Below, one piece after another: positions 27,322 to 40,735 of a stretch of DNA of 64,000 nt (its first letter is position 1; each line of letters begins with the position of its first letter). The position numbers and the translations under genes are program-made. A model generated the notes under the pieces. The model did no database searches. It was not told the DNA's origin and was given only the letters and a program-made list of their open reading frames with translations. Origin of the DNA: Antedon mediterranea (taxonomy: Eukaryota; Animalia; Echinodermata). The stretch lies in NCBI RefSeq assembly GCF_964355755.1, contig NC_092671.1, positions 27,354,070 to 27,418,069 on the forward strand. The letters run 5' to 3'.

Positions 27322-27752
27322 AGCATCACCTAGATTACATTAGAGTTGCTATATTTTTGAGTTTATAAATATTTTTCCCAGTTACTTTTGTTCTAGTTTC
27401 AGTTGGTAAAAGATTCCATTCTTTTGTTGCTCTGTATTTGAAGGTTCCTTTTACCTTGAGCATTTTTACAATTTTAGTACAGTCACATATGTATAGAGAA
27501 CTAGCTCCAGCGCGATATTTGTGCCAAAATAAATTTTATTGGCTAACTTTGTTATTCTTGAGTTGCTGAATTAAAAAATGTTAGGTGCCATTTTTTTCAA
27601 CCACTCCTTCAGCCGCCATTTTGTATTTTAAAATGTGCCGACATTCCACACTGAACTTTGTCATTCATGGTATCATCGGAAAGGGAATGTAATACTGATC
27701 ATTTTATCCCATTACATCTATATCAAAAAATGCATAGTTACATAGTTATTTA

Positions 27753-27835
27753 ACACTTTGACTGCCAAACACGAAGATCTTCGTGTTTGGAAACACAACG
27801 CTTGACTGCCAAACACGAAGATCTTCGTGTTTCAC
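27753..27835 (+). mobile_element. Left end of a piggyBac-like MITE (right end not found)
   Basis: TTAA followed by CACTTTGACTGCC and two AAACACGAAGATCTTCGTGTTT palindromes. Confidence 0.45.
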
Positions 27836-29209
27836 GTTTTTTTACGAAATCCGGTAGATAGGTTAATTATTGGTATATACTATAAATATGGACACTATAT
27901 TCGGTCTGGACCGTCAATATTTTACTTTTTGAAAGTAACTAATCTGGTTACGAACGATTGTCAAAATGGTACCTGTCGAAATAACATACACCGTGCATCA
28001 CAGTAGCGCGTACAGCGATGGTTTGGCACATTGTGTATCGGTCGCGCGCTAGCTATGCCGCCGAAGCATTACAAAGGCTTTTACGGATTAGCATGTTTGT
28101 TTGTTATCTCTGAATAAAAAATAATGGATTCATTTTCAATATGAAGTCTTTAATTATATTATTGTATGTATACCCTAATTGTTTTGGTGTTTCACTGTAA
28201 GTGGCCAAGTTTAACGCAACAAACTTGTTTAGAAATGGTATGAACATTATCATCAGTTTACTAGCTAGGCTAGTACGTAGTACTAGGCTAGCCTAGTTGT
28301 AAAACGGCTCCGGACCAACTTTAGGCCTAGTTAACTAGGCCTGGTGTCTTTACTATGTGGATTTTGGCGAAACATTGATGTAAGATTTATGATTTATAAA
28401 ATGTAAAACATTTTTCGATAGTGATATTGTTTTTATAGGCCTATCGGTGCCGTGTAAGTAACTTTTTCGTTGTTTGTTGATCTCACCGGGCGATATTTTC
28501 ATATTGTGATGTCTTGCACAAAATCGCGAATATCTCGACTTTCTTGCGCGAAACTACGAAAAACTCAAAAAGTGGGTTACTTTCATTTTACTATTACGAT
28601 TTACATATTGCGATTTGAAAATCGTTCTTGGTACCATTGTAAAGCTAAAATCTTTATGATTATTTAATTCGAAATTTTGACCCTTGCCACCTAATGTTTG
28701 ATTTTTAGTGACTGGCTCTCCATGAGTGCGCATATTTTTGCACGCGCACTGTGCGTCAAACGTTAATGCGCACTGTTTTTGTCCGATTACTGTTGTATAA
28801 CCTTTCTTTAATAACAAACAGCGTTATACGAGCACGTCAAAAGTGACAAGCTACGCACGTTTAAGTTAACAAAATGGTGAAAATATGCTAAATTTTAAAA
28901 TTAATATATTGTTAGAATGCTCGGGAACACCTATTTTTTATTTCATTTTCTTGAAGTGTATGTATCATATGTATGATTTATTATGAAATTAAGAGAACAC
29001 AAGTTGATTAAGTCATCATTAATGGCATATTAAATTTTTTTTAATTAATTTTGACTATCAAACAAATTATACAATTTTCTTAGGCCGAAATAACAAACTT
29101 AACATTAACTTTCTTCCTTAAGAAGTTCATATATTAAAGTTAAAAGTATATAGTTTGACTGTGCATCATTAAAAAAAAATTTTAAAGACATCATCATAGT
29201 AAAACATAG

Positions 29210-30462
29210 TGTAACCCAGGCTACAAAAGTAGGCCAGTCTAAGAAGATGAAGGGTAACCCAGGCCACAAAAGTGTGCCAGTCCAAGGAAATTGCAACACT
29301 TACACATTCCTACTTCCTTACAAACAAAGAAAGTACTGACCAACATACTTTAAGTATGAGCTAATTATTTTAAGGATAAACTATTAGCTGATCAAACTCC
29401 AAATAAGGAAATAGGGCCACCATCATCTACCATTAGATAATGGTCCAGGAATGTATTTCGGAACAACAGGGTGGGGCCAAGACATATAAAAAAGACTGCA
29501 GAGTTGGGAAAAGTCACAACTCAACTCTAAATCTATTGAGAGCAGTCAGGTCCTCCCTGATACTTTTTGTACGTTCTGAAAGAAGTTGTATTTACACTTA
29601 TTCCTTGCTCAACAAATTCAGGTAAGATAACCAACATAAACTTATTATTTTGTAGCGTAAGTAACATAGCTAAGTCCTTTAGTTGTACTTGTTAACTACA
29701 TATAGGATACTGCTTTTATGTTTATCATTGCTTGTTGTCCAGCAATGAATTTATTATCTTAGATACAACTTGATATATTGTAAATATGTACTATATGTTT
29801 GACCACCTTATATCGCATTGATTGTATGTTTATATGTAAGTTAGAGTGTAGTAATAAGACCCTGTCATTATATACTCACTAGGCTATGATTTATTAGCTA
29901 ATCCTAAATTATCCTTGAATGAAGCCTGTATAGAGAATTCTGTAGTTATAGGAATTAAATACAAAAAGGCTACCATAGTAGACAACTCAACTCTAAATCT
30001 ATTGAGAGCAGTCAGGTCCTCCCTGATACTTTTTGTACGTTCTGAAAGAAGTTGTATTTACACTTATTCCTTGCTCAACAAATTCAGGTTGAGGGAAGAT
30101 TGCCCAAGTTGGATTCTGTGTGTAAAGTCCACAGCCAGACGAGGGAATCGGTGGAGTGTATAAGCATCAAACTTCGAACGGGTTTACCACACCAAAAAGG
30201 GGACAAGCTCGACCACTGCCAGTTGTCAACAAACTTAAGTTTGACTTGTTATCTAAATCTTTAAGCATACTTAATTATAAGTCGCATATTGTATAATTTG
30301 TATTACGATTTAGAATAATAACACATCTACTATAAGCCAACTATTGTGTACTCTTTTATTTATTATCTATGTGTGTCTAGTGCCGCCGCCCCAATCAACT
30401 CGAACCCCGCTCACCTCAACCCTAAGTCGATAATCTTTTGTGTTGTGTGTAGAGCGGTTACA
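29210..30462 (+). mobile_element. Probable solo LTR
   Basis: TGTAACC...GGTTACA termini; TATAAA at 29485; internal 108-bp duplication; no matching TSD. Confidence 0.55.
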
Positions 30463-30542
30463 ATTATAATTCATTGCGGTATGTAATAATCTATCTACAC
30501 CAAAGTGGTTACTGCATAGTAAATACACGGAGGAATCTTTCC

Positions 30543-30607
30543 ATGGCTCGGTGGTCTTTGCTCGTGTCTATAGCATTCAAGGTACCGAGTTTGAGTCTCA
30601 CCTTGGG
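30543..30607 (+). mobile_element. Possible tRNA-derived SINE head (degenerate)
   Basis: A-box-like TGGCTCGGTGG and B-box-like GAGTTTGAGTC at tRNA-like spacing. Confidence 0.3.
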
Positions 30608-33600
30608 AAACGAAACGAAATAAGATTATTTGTTCAATTGTATTTCTTAGTGTATAGATTATACAGATGATTTATAATGAAATCTAGCTAAAAACACAAA
30701 TGTGGTTTATGACATTATATACGCAGAAGGATCTTTGATCGGATTATGATACCGGCTATTGTATTTGCATTAGCAAGATCCTATCATATATTATAAATAA
30801 CTAAAGATTCTGAGAAAATCAATCAATCAATATATCTTAAATCAATCAATTATCTTTATTTAAATTAATCGGTGGCATATGCTCATACTCATAAGAATAC
30901 AACACAAACAACAACCGGATACAATAGGAGCATGCCCAAAAACAATAAAATAATAATAATAATTCAAAACGCATAGATGGCTGAAATCCCGATTCCATCC
31001 CCTACCATTGTGTGGTCGAAGCCGGTCGCACTCTTTAAAAAAAAAAAACCACTGCATTTTTAATAAATATAACTGAGAAATGCAGTAAAAGTAACAAAAT
31101 TAAAATACAAAAATTTATAAAAGGGAATTCAATAACTGAAATTGTTACATACGGTACATATTTATAAGATGTCTGTAGTTGTAGAGTGTTAAAAAATTTC
31201 GTTTTTTCTTTGAATATTGCTGGAAATTGGATATTTGTATAGTTTGATTAATTATTCTATGTGACTTTTAATAATAACAACGGAGTTAGGATTTATATTG
31301 CGATAATCACAAACCATACGTAAAAATCAAAAGGAACTTTGTAAAGGTAAAGGCAGCAGTAGGACACTGACTTTTCTTTATTTCGTGTAAACTTTATTTG
31401 AGGAAAACTAATTGATCTAAATTTTTTTTTTTAATCTTAAGATTTTTTCACTGTATAATTATATCAAATGCAAACATTCTGTTTGCTGCACTTCATCTGA
31501 CGTTCAAAGAGAAATAGAAAGGCATGCCTATTAACATTGGCATTGTGCACAGATGGCTTTATATTGTGTGGTACCCGCTTTGACAAAAATACAAATGATT
31601 TTGAACGCTATGCAAAAAATGATACCCTGACCCGTAGCTACTAAAAATAAAATAAATTCCAAATTAAAAAAAATATCCAACAAAACAAAACAAAGATGTG
31701 ATTTAACAACAGTTTATTTCACCTTTGTTCACGGACTATAATTATTTTGATTTTAAATAATTCGAAAACTTTACATTGAAGTTAAGTGTAATCCAGTACC
31801 GTATTTATTCAGTATTAAGATAATTTATAATATAATATAAAACATATAAATGGTCAATAACAAAGTAGAAAGAAAATCAAACAAGCATTTGAATGAAGAG
31901 AGACTAGGCCTACCTTTTTCATTGTACATTTAAAAACAATTTATTTACATAATTGGAAAATTATGACGATAAACAAAGGAAAATAGAATAGATATTAGTA
32001 AAACTGTATTCATAATAAAAAATTCTATCCAACGATACCAAACAGTACAGTATTTTGGTGAAATTGCATTTTGACCTTTAGTGTGGAACGTCGGTCACTT
32101 TGAAATACAAAATGGCGGCTGAAGGAGTGGTAAAAAAAAATGGCACCTAACATTTTTGGATTCTCAAGAATTCAAAGTTAGCTAAAAAATCTATTTTGGC
32201 ACAAATATCGAGCTGGAAGACATAATGACCCGTACTACTTGGTGTTAATAATGTTTTACAACTTTGGCTACGGGTGCATTTGGGGTGGAGGGAGTCATTA
32301 AACTTAAACATTGAGGATAAATATGATGGTGAATGGCCATTAATGCATTTGAAAGTTGTAAATAGTAGATGTTCCCTCCATCTTTCATTTAGTTTAACCC
32401 AATTAAGTGTTTTAAAAATATAATTTGGTGTATATATATCTGCGGATAACAGAACTACCTAAGAAATACCTAATCTATTTAATAATATTTGAAGTGTATT
32501 TAAAGTTTGATTTGTACAATTAGTCCATACAGCACTACAATAGTCAAACAATGGCATTACAAGAGAATTTGCCAGCATAATAGTTGTATGAGATGGCAAG
32601 TAGTATTTCACACGCCGTATTACCCCTATTTGTTTAGAAACTTTTGATGATACACTATTTATTTGATCCTTCCATGTCAATTTAGTATCAAATATAACAC
32701 CTACTTAAATGATTCCACTCTTTCAATGTTAGTTCCATTATCATCAAGTGAAATATTTTTGAAGTTTTTTAATAAGTGACTAGTACCATACCATAAGTTT
32801 AGTTTTTTTAACATTCAAAGTCAATCTGTTGTTATCTAACCATTTTGATATTTTACAAAAATTTGAGTTTAGATTGTTTTGCAGAGTTATGGGATTTGAG
32901 GATCTACATAATAGAGTGGTATCATCAGCGTACATAACACATTTACAATCAACAGCATCAGGAAGAGAATTTACATATATAATAAATAACAAAGGACCTA
33001 AAATAGAGCCCTGTGGAATTCCAATGTCAATTTCTCTTAAATCAGAAATTAAACTATTTACATATACAACTTGTGATCTATAACTTAGATATGAATTAAA
33101 CTAATTTAACCATCATTACATGTACCAATTTCTTTAAGTTTAGCAATAAGTATCAAAAGCTTTTTTTTAATCTAAAAATATTGCAGCAGTTACATTACCA
33201 TCATTATAATTATTTAGAATATAGTCAGATACATCTAAAAGTGTTGTATTTGTGGAATGTTTCTTTCTAGAACCAGATTGTGATGGGTTTAAAATATTAT
33301 TATTTGTTAAAAACTAAACATATCAGATTTGTCACCTTCTTTAAAAATATGTGTAACCTTTGCAATTTTCCAATCAGATGGAAAAGTTGACGTGAACAAA
33401 GTACAATTACATATATATGTGAGAGTCTCACATACAACAGGAGCAGCTAACTTTAATAATTTACAATTTATACCATCAAGACCAACACTTCACATTTCGT
33501 TGGATATTTTTAAGAAAATTTATGATACTTCGCTCGCTCCCCCTCTAGGAAGTGTAGACGATGGTTCTCGGAATGATAATGTTCTCCTTATACATTTTCT

Positions 33601-34938
33601 GTCGGTTACCATTATTGAAAATGCTTGACATTCGTAAAACTAAACTACTTTGTTTCACAGTGTTTTAGATGATTAATAACATTTTAAAGTATAGTTTTTA
33701 TTGTTTGGTAGGGCCCTTTGGAGGTCATTTGAGGGAGGTGCTTATTCGAGGGATATATGTTAAATTTTTTAGTTCTAATAATATGGTAACATTTATAATC
33801 AAATGAAATTCTCTCATAGATATGAAAAGTGGTAAAAAAGAATAACAAATGCTTGGTAAATTGCAGATAACAGTGCGGTGAATTCTACTACAAATAGTAT
33901 AATTGTGTTATTATAAATATGTGGATGGACGTTTATTAGATAGTTGGGTTGTGGGGAGGGGGGGGGGTTATTATTTAAAGTGATGTTTTATTGGAGAGGC
34001 GTTTATTCAAATGAATACCATCCTAATAATTATTAATACATTATTTAATTTAATCATCTTTTGAAACTAACTGCCGTGACAGAGTGGGCCCAAGAAAGAA
34101 GACATTACGGCTTGCAACATGGGCAGACATCTCGGTCCTAACGGGACACAGGAAGATAGCCTACAGTTATTCCTGCAAGCTTACTCAATAAAACTCAGCT
34201 ATCGGGATTTCACTCGAAAAATGTCTTATCAAATCTCCCTATGTAATTTTATAATACTATTCCCCACAATATATTCTGATTCTTTATGGCGTATATTTAA
34301 TTTGATCTTTATTAATTTGCAGTATAATTCCTATTATTTAACTACTGTACCTTCACACACGTGTGGTATGTTTTAAAATAAACAAAAAACTGAAATGGCT
34401 ATGATTAATGGCCAATTTTTTTTTCATCTTCCAAAGGGACACTGTATTGATTGATGGAAAGTGCCTGTTTCCAGTCACCTTTAGGGTCAAATCTATTATT
34501 TTAACTGCTCCCTTGTGTATAAAAGAGAGAAAATATTTGAAACTAAGGTGAACTTATCTTAAACCCGGAAATTACTTTGACCGGGAAGAATTGAAATTGA
34601 GAGGAAAATCCAATGTTGAAATCATAAATGTTGTTAAAAAACTCTTTATAATATCTTCCTAAGATATAAATATGGAACAATAGCGTCGGCGTGCACACTA
34701 ATGTTATCAAATCTACGTTTCGCGGTACATCTCGGATAGATAAGGTAGGTATCCAAGGCGGAGATTTGTACCGAAGTTTTTGCATTGTGCTCGCCTATGT
34801 CAGAATTAACCATAATTTATATATAGATGCTCGAGAGCCAGTGGCATGAGCTAGATGTCACCTTGTTCCTGGAAAGAAAACAGATGACCGATGCTGTTGA
34901 TGAGAATGAATCAAGGTTTGATAGATTGGTCAAGCAAT

Positions 34939-36060
34939 TGTTACGGGTGCAGAGACAGCATATAAGAGTAAGACGGCCAGACAAAAACTAAATATCAGAA
35001 AACCATTCATTGGCGTTATTACACATAAAGCTCAATGCCAGCCATGAGCGAACAAACAGCGAACAATAGCACGCTGTGCATTAAATCCATATGTAATCAC
35101 AGGAGGACCATGCAATATGCTAATTAGCCATGTCACACCCTACCTCTTAAAAAAAGTTTTAAACAGGCTGTAACAGCATGTCTAACAAATTATATTTACT
35201 TAAATGTTAAAAACTTTTCTACTTTAATATTTAAAAATATTCAACAATCGTCATGGTAAACAACAAAAATTATAACAGCTTCTTTATTATATTTCCCTGT
35301 GCACCTAGAGAGAGTATCAGTGATCACGTTTTCTACCCCTTTTACATGCTTAATTTTTAAGTCTCTGAAAAACAAGCATCAGGGCTAAGGCTTCTTCTCT
35401 TAACACCTAAATGAAAGATTGTGATCGTGGGCCAATTGCAAAACACTATTTCTATAATAGCTTGGATTTACAATCTGGTAAATGACTGTCCAATCCTTAT
35501 CGGTGGGAGCCTCAAGTAAGCACCCTTTACGCATAAAAATATCGGATTGGAAAGAGAAACCAACGGGCGTACCAGAAATGTCATAATCACTTGGGGCCTT
35601 TTCAGCTAAATGCTAAATTTCGGTATCTTCATGTTGAGCGTGTATACAAGTTTTTTGGTCTAAAGGCAAGCTAGGAAATGTATTTGAAACAGTCTTTGAC
35701 TGCAATTTAGTGTCCAAAAAGGTACAAGATAAATATTTGTGCTTTCTACAGATTTATTTGTGACAATTAGGCTGTGCTAGCGTGACCTTACTTCCCGCTA
35801 AATCCCAACAGGCAAATAGGGTACTACCCCTGCCTCAACTAGTCCTGTAACTAACTCGGAATGCAATTTAACCCAGTGGAGTGTTAACAATAACATTAAA
35901 CCCCATAAACGTTGCGTCATACAGGGGAGAAAGGTACCTTGAAATAACAGACTTTGCCAAGCCCCAGTATCTTGTAACATCTGAATGGGTTTAGAACCAA
36001 TCCAATCTGCCGAAACAATACCTCTACTAGTAAAGTGGTCATACAGTTTGATAGGATTGG
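34939..36060 (-). mobile_element. Internally deleted Gypsy (Gmr1-like) retrotransposon with 3' LTR 34939-35137
   Basis: Protease PIQMLQDTGAWQSLL; pre-integrase DIFMRK..DWTVIYQIV; RNase H tail IKHVKGVENVITDTLSR; PPT AAGAGGTAGGG then TG...CA ~200-bp LTR. Confidence 0.75.
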
Positions 36061-36503
36061 ATGGTAAAGCCACTACGGCATTAGGCAAATCATTATTTTT
36101 CAATTTAAGTTTAAAACATTCCGAAATAAACAAAACAGAAAGAAAGAGTGTATAATCTTCAAATTTTCCCAAAATTTGCGGGCTTTCCCAATTTTTAATG
36201 GTGATCCCCCCGCCTTCCCGAAATTGGTTATTTTTCCCCCCGAAATTCTGGATGATTTAAATTTAAAGTAACCCACTGTATATTTTTTAAATGAAACAAC
36301 ATTTTCCCAAAACAGACATGTTATTTCACAATTGACACTGCTGGCACTGTTTATAAACAGTATTTAAACAAAAGTGTTTCTTAGGCCTTTGTTTCACAAA
36401 TTAACAGCCATCTATCAACTGCAAAGCCAAGCCTTTGTCACGCCAATGTCATGTGATATTGTATTATTGTATTGATGTGTCACATGCAACAATGTTTCAA
36501 TAA

Positions 36504-37287
36504 AGCCCCTTTCTCACAGAGCTGTGTGCCAGGAATATTGCGGGAATATACCATTACCATGCCGGTATGGTTTTCTGTGAGAACGGGTCGTCTTGGCATC
36601 ATGCCGGCATCGACATGACCTGCTTTAGACCTAGTAATATTCTAGGGATATTCCCCGCAATGCCAGACGGGCATTCTGTTAGAACATTCCGGGGTTATAT
36701 TTAATTCCCCGTCGAGGCTTTGACACCTTGCGCGGTCAAGTGTATGCGGCGATTCAATTCAATTAACAATAATAATGTCGAACTGGAGGGATAATGAGAT
36801 AAGAGAGCTGCTTAAATAAGGGGACAAGAAGAAATTTGTAGCATAACCTATAAGCCTAGGCCATAGCTCTTTGTTGGTGCCTGACCCTTCGTCGCCTTGT
36901 AAATTTTACAGCCTTCTAAGGTGTTTTACAGATTGCCGATGACGGCTAATTAATTTCTGCTGTACCTGTATAATATATGCACATTATACTGTACATAGCA
37001 TGTATTGCATAAATATGCTATAAAGGAAGATAATAATCTGTAACTTAAAATTCGCCGCCATATATCGCTAGACAAAAATAATAACAATAAAGGACGCCCT
37101 CAATAATTATTTTGTCAGACTTTTTATTGGCCGAATATTCCCGACTCCTTTCTCACAGAAAGCCGGTATATACCGGTTATATTTCTGGCATGATAGTCCA
37201 ATGAGAATGGGTATATGCCGGTAACGATACCGGCACGACGCCAGCATAATACCGGTATATTGCAAGCACATCTGTGAGAAAGGGGCT
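36504..37287. mobile_element. Harbinger/PIF deletion derivative
   Basis: TIR AGCCCCTTTCTCACAGA / TCTGTGAGAAAGGGGCT; Myb/SANT-like start MSNWRDNEIRELL at ~36775. Confidence 0.75.
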
Positions 37288-37930
37288 ATAGAGTCGAGCG
37301 GTGTCTACCCACAAGGTAAAAAAGAATGGACTGTACCATTGTTACAGTTGTTGGTGTATGACAATGTTTTGATATCTTAGTTTTCTAGATCTAGAAAACT
37401 AAGGTTTTTTTTAATAGTGGTTGTACCATTATATTAGTGACTTTTTATTGGTTAGAATTATTATATTACCACAAAGGGGGGTTTATTTCTATGATGTGAT
37501 GAGATTTTCAGTAAACAAGAGTGGATCGTGGTCGTCCTCTATACTTTTGTTGCTTACAGTTTTCAATATAATAATTTATTGCTTTATTGGCTGGGACTTC
37601 CTTTTGCAATCTGAGGATGTGTCCAAATAGCCGCCATCTCGATTCCAAAATGTCCAATGAGATTTGTCTTGCCTTACTCGTATCGTATAATTTGATGTTT
37701 TGTATTTTATGTGGATAGCGGATTCCTATAATTTTTCTAAGATGCCTCCGATGAAATGTATCAAGTTTTCCAAGATTTGCTACAAATGTGACTGCCCAAA
37801 TTTGGCTGTCATGAGAGTTAATTTCACTCTTAAGTTTTGATCTGACTAATATATCCTGAAGGTTGGGAGGTCTGTAAAATGCAATAATGTGTGGTTAGAC
37901 TGTAGAATGGGCATATGTTTCTCAATAATA

Positions 37931-38684
37931 GGGCGCGTTTATACAACACGCTATTACACGCATATTCTACACGCCTACGAAAAGTGTGTTGTATAACAAC
38001 AAAGAGATTCCGTGTAATGAGATTTTAATTGCAAAAAAGGCTACTTGGCTGAATCCTAAAATTTGGTGGATTCCCGGTCGCCGTTACCGTGTTGGAAGTG
38101 TCCTCAGGGTATATTTTGACCTCTCGTTAAAACAGGTCGTAATATCAATCATTGCTAACAAGATTGGGCCCATTTATTGCTGCTTCGCTGCCAGCAATCA
38201 TCCTCCTACCACGTCTTACGCCTAGCCTAGTGGGGCCAACTCGTAGTGGTAGTAGGCCTCTATCGTTTCCCACTCCAAACAGAATTAAAAAAATAACATC
38301 GCAAAAATGGCATCTTCTTCCATAGTGTATAGATGAAACAATGAAACCCTTAAAATAACTTTTATTAATTTAAATGAACCGAGAACAAAATAAACAACAA
38401 TGCAAACGTGAACGAATACAATATAATGAAAATGGTAAAAACCGCGCGAATACATCGGACAGCGTGGAGGCGACGATGATTGTTGACAACTCAGCCAATT
38501 CAAGCGCGATCAACGATTTGACCTTTTATCCTAGCATGCACTGCGTGTTGATGAAACTTCCGGTATAACACGGTATCGTGATTTCTAGTATAACAGCAAA
38601 CGTTAAGGTGGGTTGACCTCGGTCCGAACAACACGCTAAAAATTAAAGCCGTGTTCAAATTTAGGGTGTTGTATAAACACGACC
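37931..38684. mobile_element. TIR MITE
   Basis: GGGCGCGTTTATACAACAC vs GTGTTGTATAAACACGACC inverted. Confidence 0.65.
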
Positions 38685-38704
38685 ATAGAGTGTAATGGAG
38701 GCAA

Positions 38705-38830
38705 CCTAGGATGATAGGTTGTGACCAATGGCACTCTGCTCGAATTTGGCTGACGTAGTTTGTACATCTGACATAGGAATATCTTTTGCTTTCTTTATAG
38801 CAATTTCGATGTATTCCTTCTTGATATTTC
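38705..38830 (-). mobile_element. Penelope-like element fragment
   Basis: IEIAIKKAKDIP followed (after frameshift) by RVPLVTTYHP, a motif of the Penelope RT-to-GIY-YIG linker. Confidence 0.5.
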
Positions 38831-39143
38831 TGTTATTCAATTTGCTCCAATTTACAAAATCTGATATCAATTTACGGTAGTCATATTCATTATCATGCTT
38901 ATCACCTAAAATATATCCTGCGATAACAGTATCGTCTGCATATTTAATCACAGAACATGACTCATTTGGTGACCTAAAGTCAGAAGTGAAAAGGGAATAC
39001 AACACAGGTGATATTACACAGCCTTGAGGTACTCCTACATTTGTTATCCTGCTGTCAGAGATGTGCCCATTTGCTATTACAAACTGAGGTCTACATTTCA
39101 GGAAATCGGACAGCCACCTGATGATATTGTGGTTTATCTCCAT
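38831..39143 (-). mobile_element. Rex1/Babar-type LINE RT fragment
   Basis: IIRWLSDFLKCRPQFV, GVPQGCVISPVLYSLFTSD, IKYADD. Confidence 0.8.
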
Positions 39144-39855
39144 GGCCCTGTTTCTGCTGCCAAGAAAATACTGTATTTTATACGGTATTTTTTGAATACC
39201 GTATATATACCGTATTTGTTTGGCAGCAGAAACTGCGCTCATAAAAAAATACCGTATTTTGTATACCGTATTTTCCCCACAAAATTTGTTGATAAAATAC
39301 GGTATTTACAAATTTATACCGTATTTTCTGTACCCTTTTCTGCTGCCAATAAAAAATACCGTATTTTTTTTACCTGTGACATGAGGTCAACATCGTGTTT
39401 TTATTTTCTGTCGCTGTCAGCGGTTTTACACACGTGTATAGATATATTCGGCGAAAATGTGGAGCGAAGACGTCACAGTATTTACTATATAAATCTGTGT
39501 GGGAAAGGGGTGAGGAAGCTAAAAATGTCCGGCCAACTAAAAGGTAATAAAAGGGACAACCACATTTATAAAGACATTTCTAAACAAATAAAGCAGCAGG
39601 AGTATGGAATAGTCTCCAAAGCAAGTAAATTCAAAGCTCTCAACATCTCTATCACTAGGGCTAGGCTGTTGAAAGTGAGACGTAAAAATTCCTTTATTGC
39701 GATTTTTAATTATCGACCAAATAAATGAATGGCAATTTGGGTATTAAAGGATGAAATTTAACACGACCACCCAAGAAGTATTGTTAGCAGAAACGGGGTA
39801 TAAAAAATACCGTATTTTATACCGTATTTTGAGCAGTTGCAGCAGAAACAGACCC
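39144..39855. mobile_element. TIR MITE with subterminal AAATACCGTATTT repeats (Harbinger-like)
   Basis: GGCCCTGTTTCTGCTGC vs GCAGCAGAAACAGACCC inverted. Confidence 0.7.
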
Positions 39856-40735
39856 TAATTAATTAATTTTGATGACGTTATCACGTTTAAAAACTTGAAG
39901 AACGTGAGTCGTGTAATTTCACCTACACCATACAGTTTAATATCTTACAGCTCATCAGAATTAAACGTGCCCTTGAAAATTTTAACTTATTAAGAAAGCT
40001 GATGAAATGTAGATATGAATTCATAAAAAAATTAAGCCGGTCGGATGTTGTGATGTTATCATATGGCCAGTTGAAGTTAAAAAGTAGTTTTTAAATTTCT
40101 TTAGTCAAAGTTATACAAATTTCAAAGAGCGCGCATTGCGCTTCTACGTGTCAAATTCTCTTCCAATTCTTATATTTATTTGCTTAATTCATTATCTTTC
40201 GAAATTGTCATCTTCGAGTTTATTTTGATATATCCATCATACCAAAAAATTATAACATGATGTGTGTCCCGTAATTTCACCTATGCTACACTGTATATAG
40301 ATATACAGTATATACTGTATATTGTATATGGCATATAATAGGCACAACTCAACACTATAAGCATATAATAGGATGGAATGTATCATCATTTTCCGATCGT
40401 ATGATAACGTACGTGCATGTTTAAAACAAATTATTTTCAGTAATTTATTAATTAATTTCAGTAAAATGATAAAAATGATCACCTATAATTCGTCAAAGTG
40501 ACGAATTAAATTCTAGTTTCTTTTTGTAATTCTTTAACCTTTAGTTCATTAAATGACTTTTGGTTTATAATCTATGAACAATCATTAAAATTCATAAAAT
40601 TGCGCATAAGTCACATTGCGCAACTCTGACATTAAAAAATAGGAGGTGCACAAGTTCACGTAAATGTTGTTCTGTTTACACGTTTTAGAGACACGCGACG
40701 CACAAAAATGACAGAAGGAAAGAAGCATAATACAG

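Larger units (their letters stand above)
27475..32237. mobile_element. 4.8-kb element with ~180-bp TIRs and nested inserts
   Basis: 27475-27660 (TAGTAC..TCCAGCGCGATATTTGTGCCAAAAT..ACCACTCCTTCAGCCGCCATTTTG) is the reverse complement of ~32078-32237. Confidence 0.75.
27340..33490 (-). mobile_element. Degenerate CR1/L2-group LINE, split into 27340-27474 and 32238-33490
   Basis: [24 protein letters not shown] motifs; resembles 4520-7003, and the joined flanks match 4860-4970. Confidence 0.85.

Noticed and set aside
30543-30607. Functional tRNA gene
   Set aside because: Degenerate B box and no convincing cloverleaf; at most a SINE head
39024-39728. 234-aa ORF as a gene
   Set aside because: Spans antisense RT and MITE subterminal repeats; no recognisable domain
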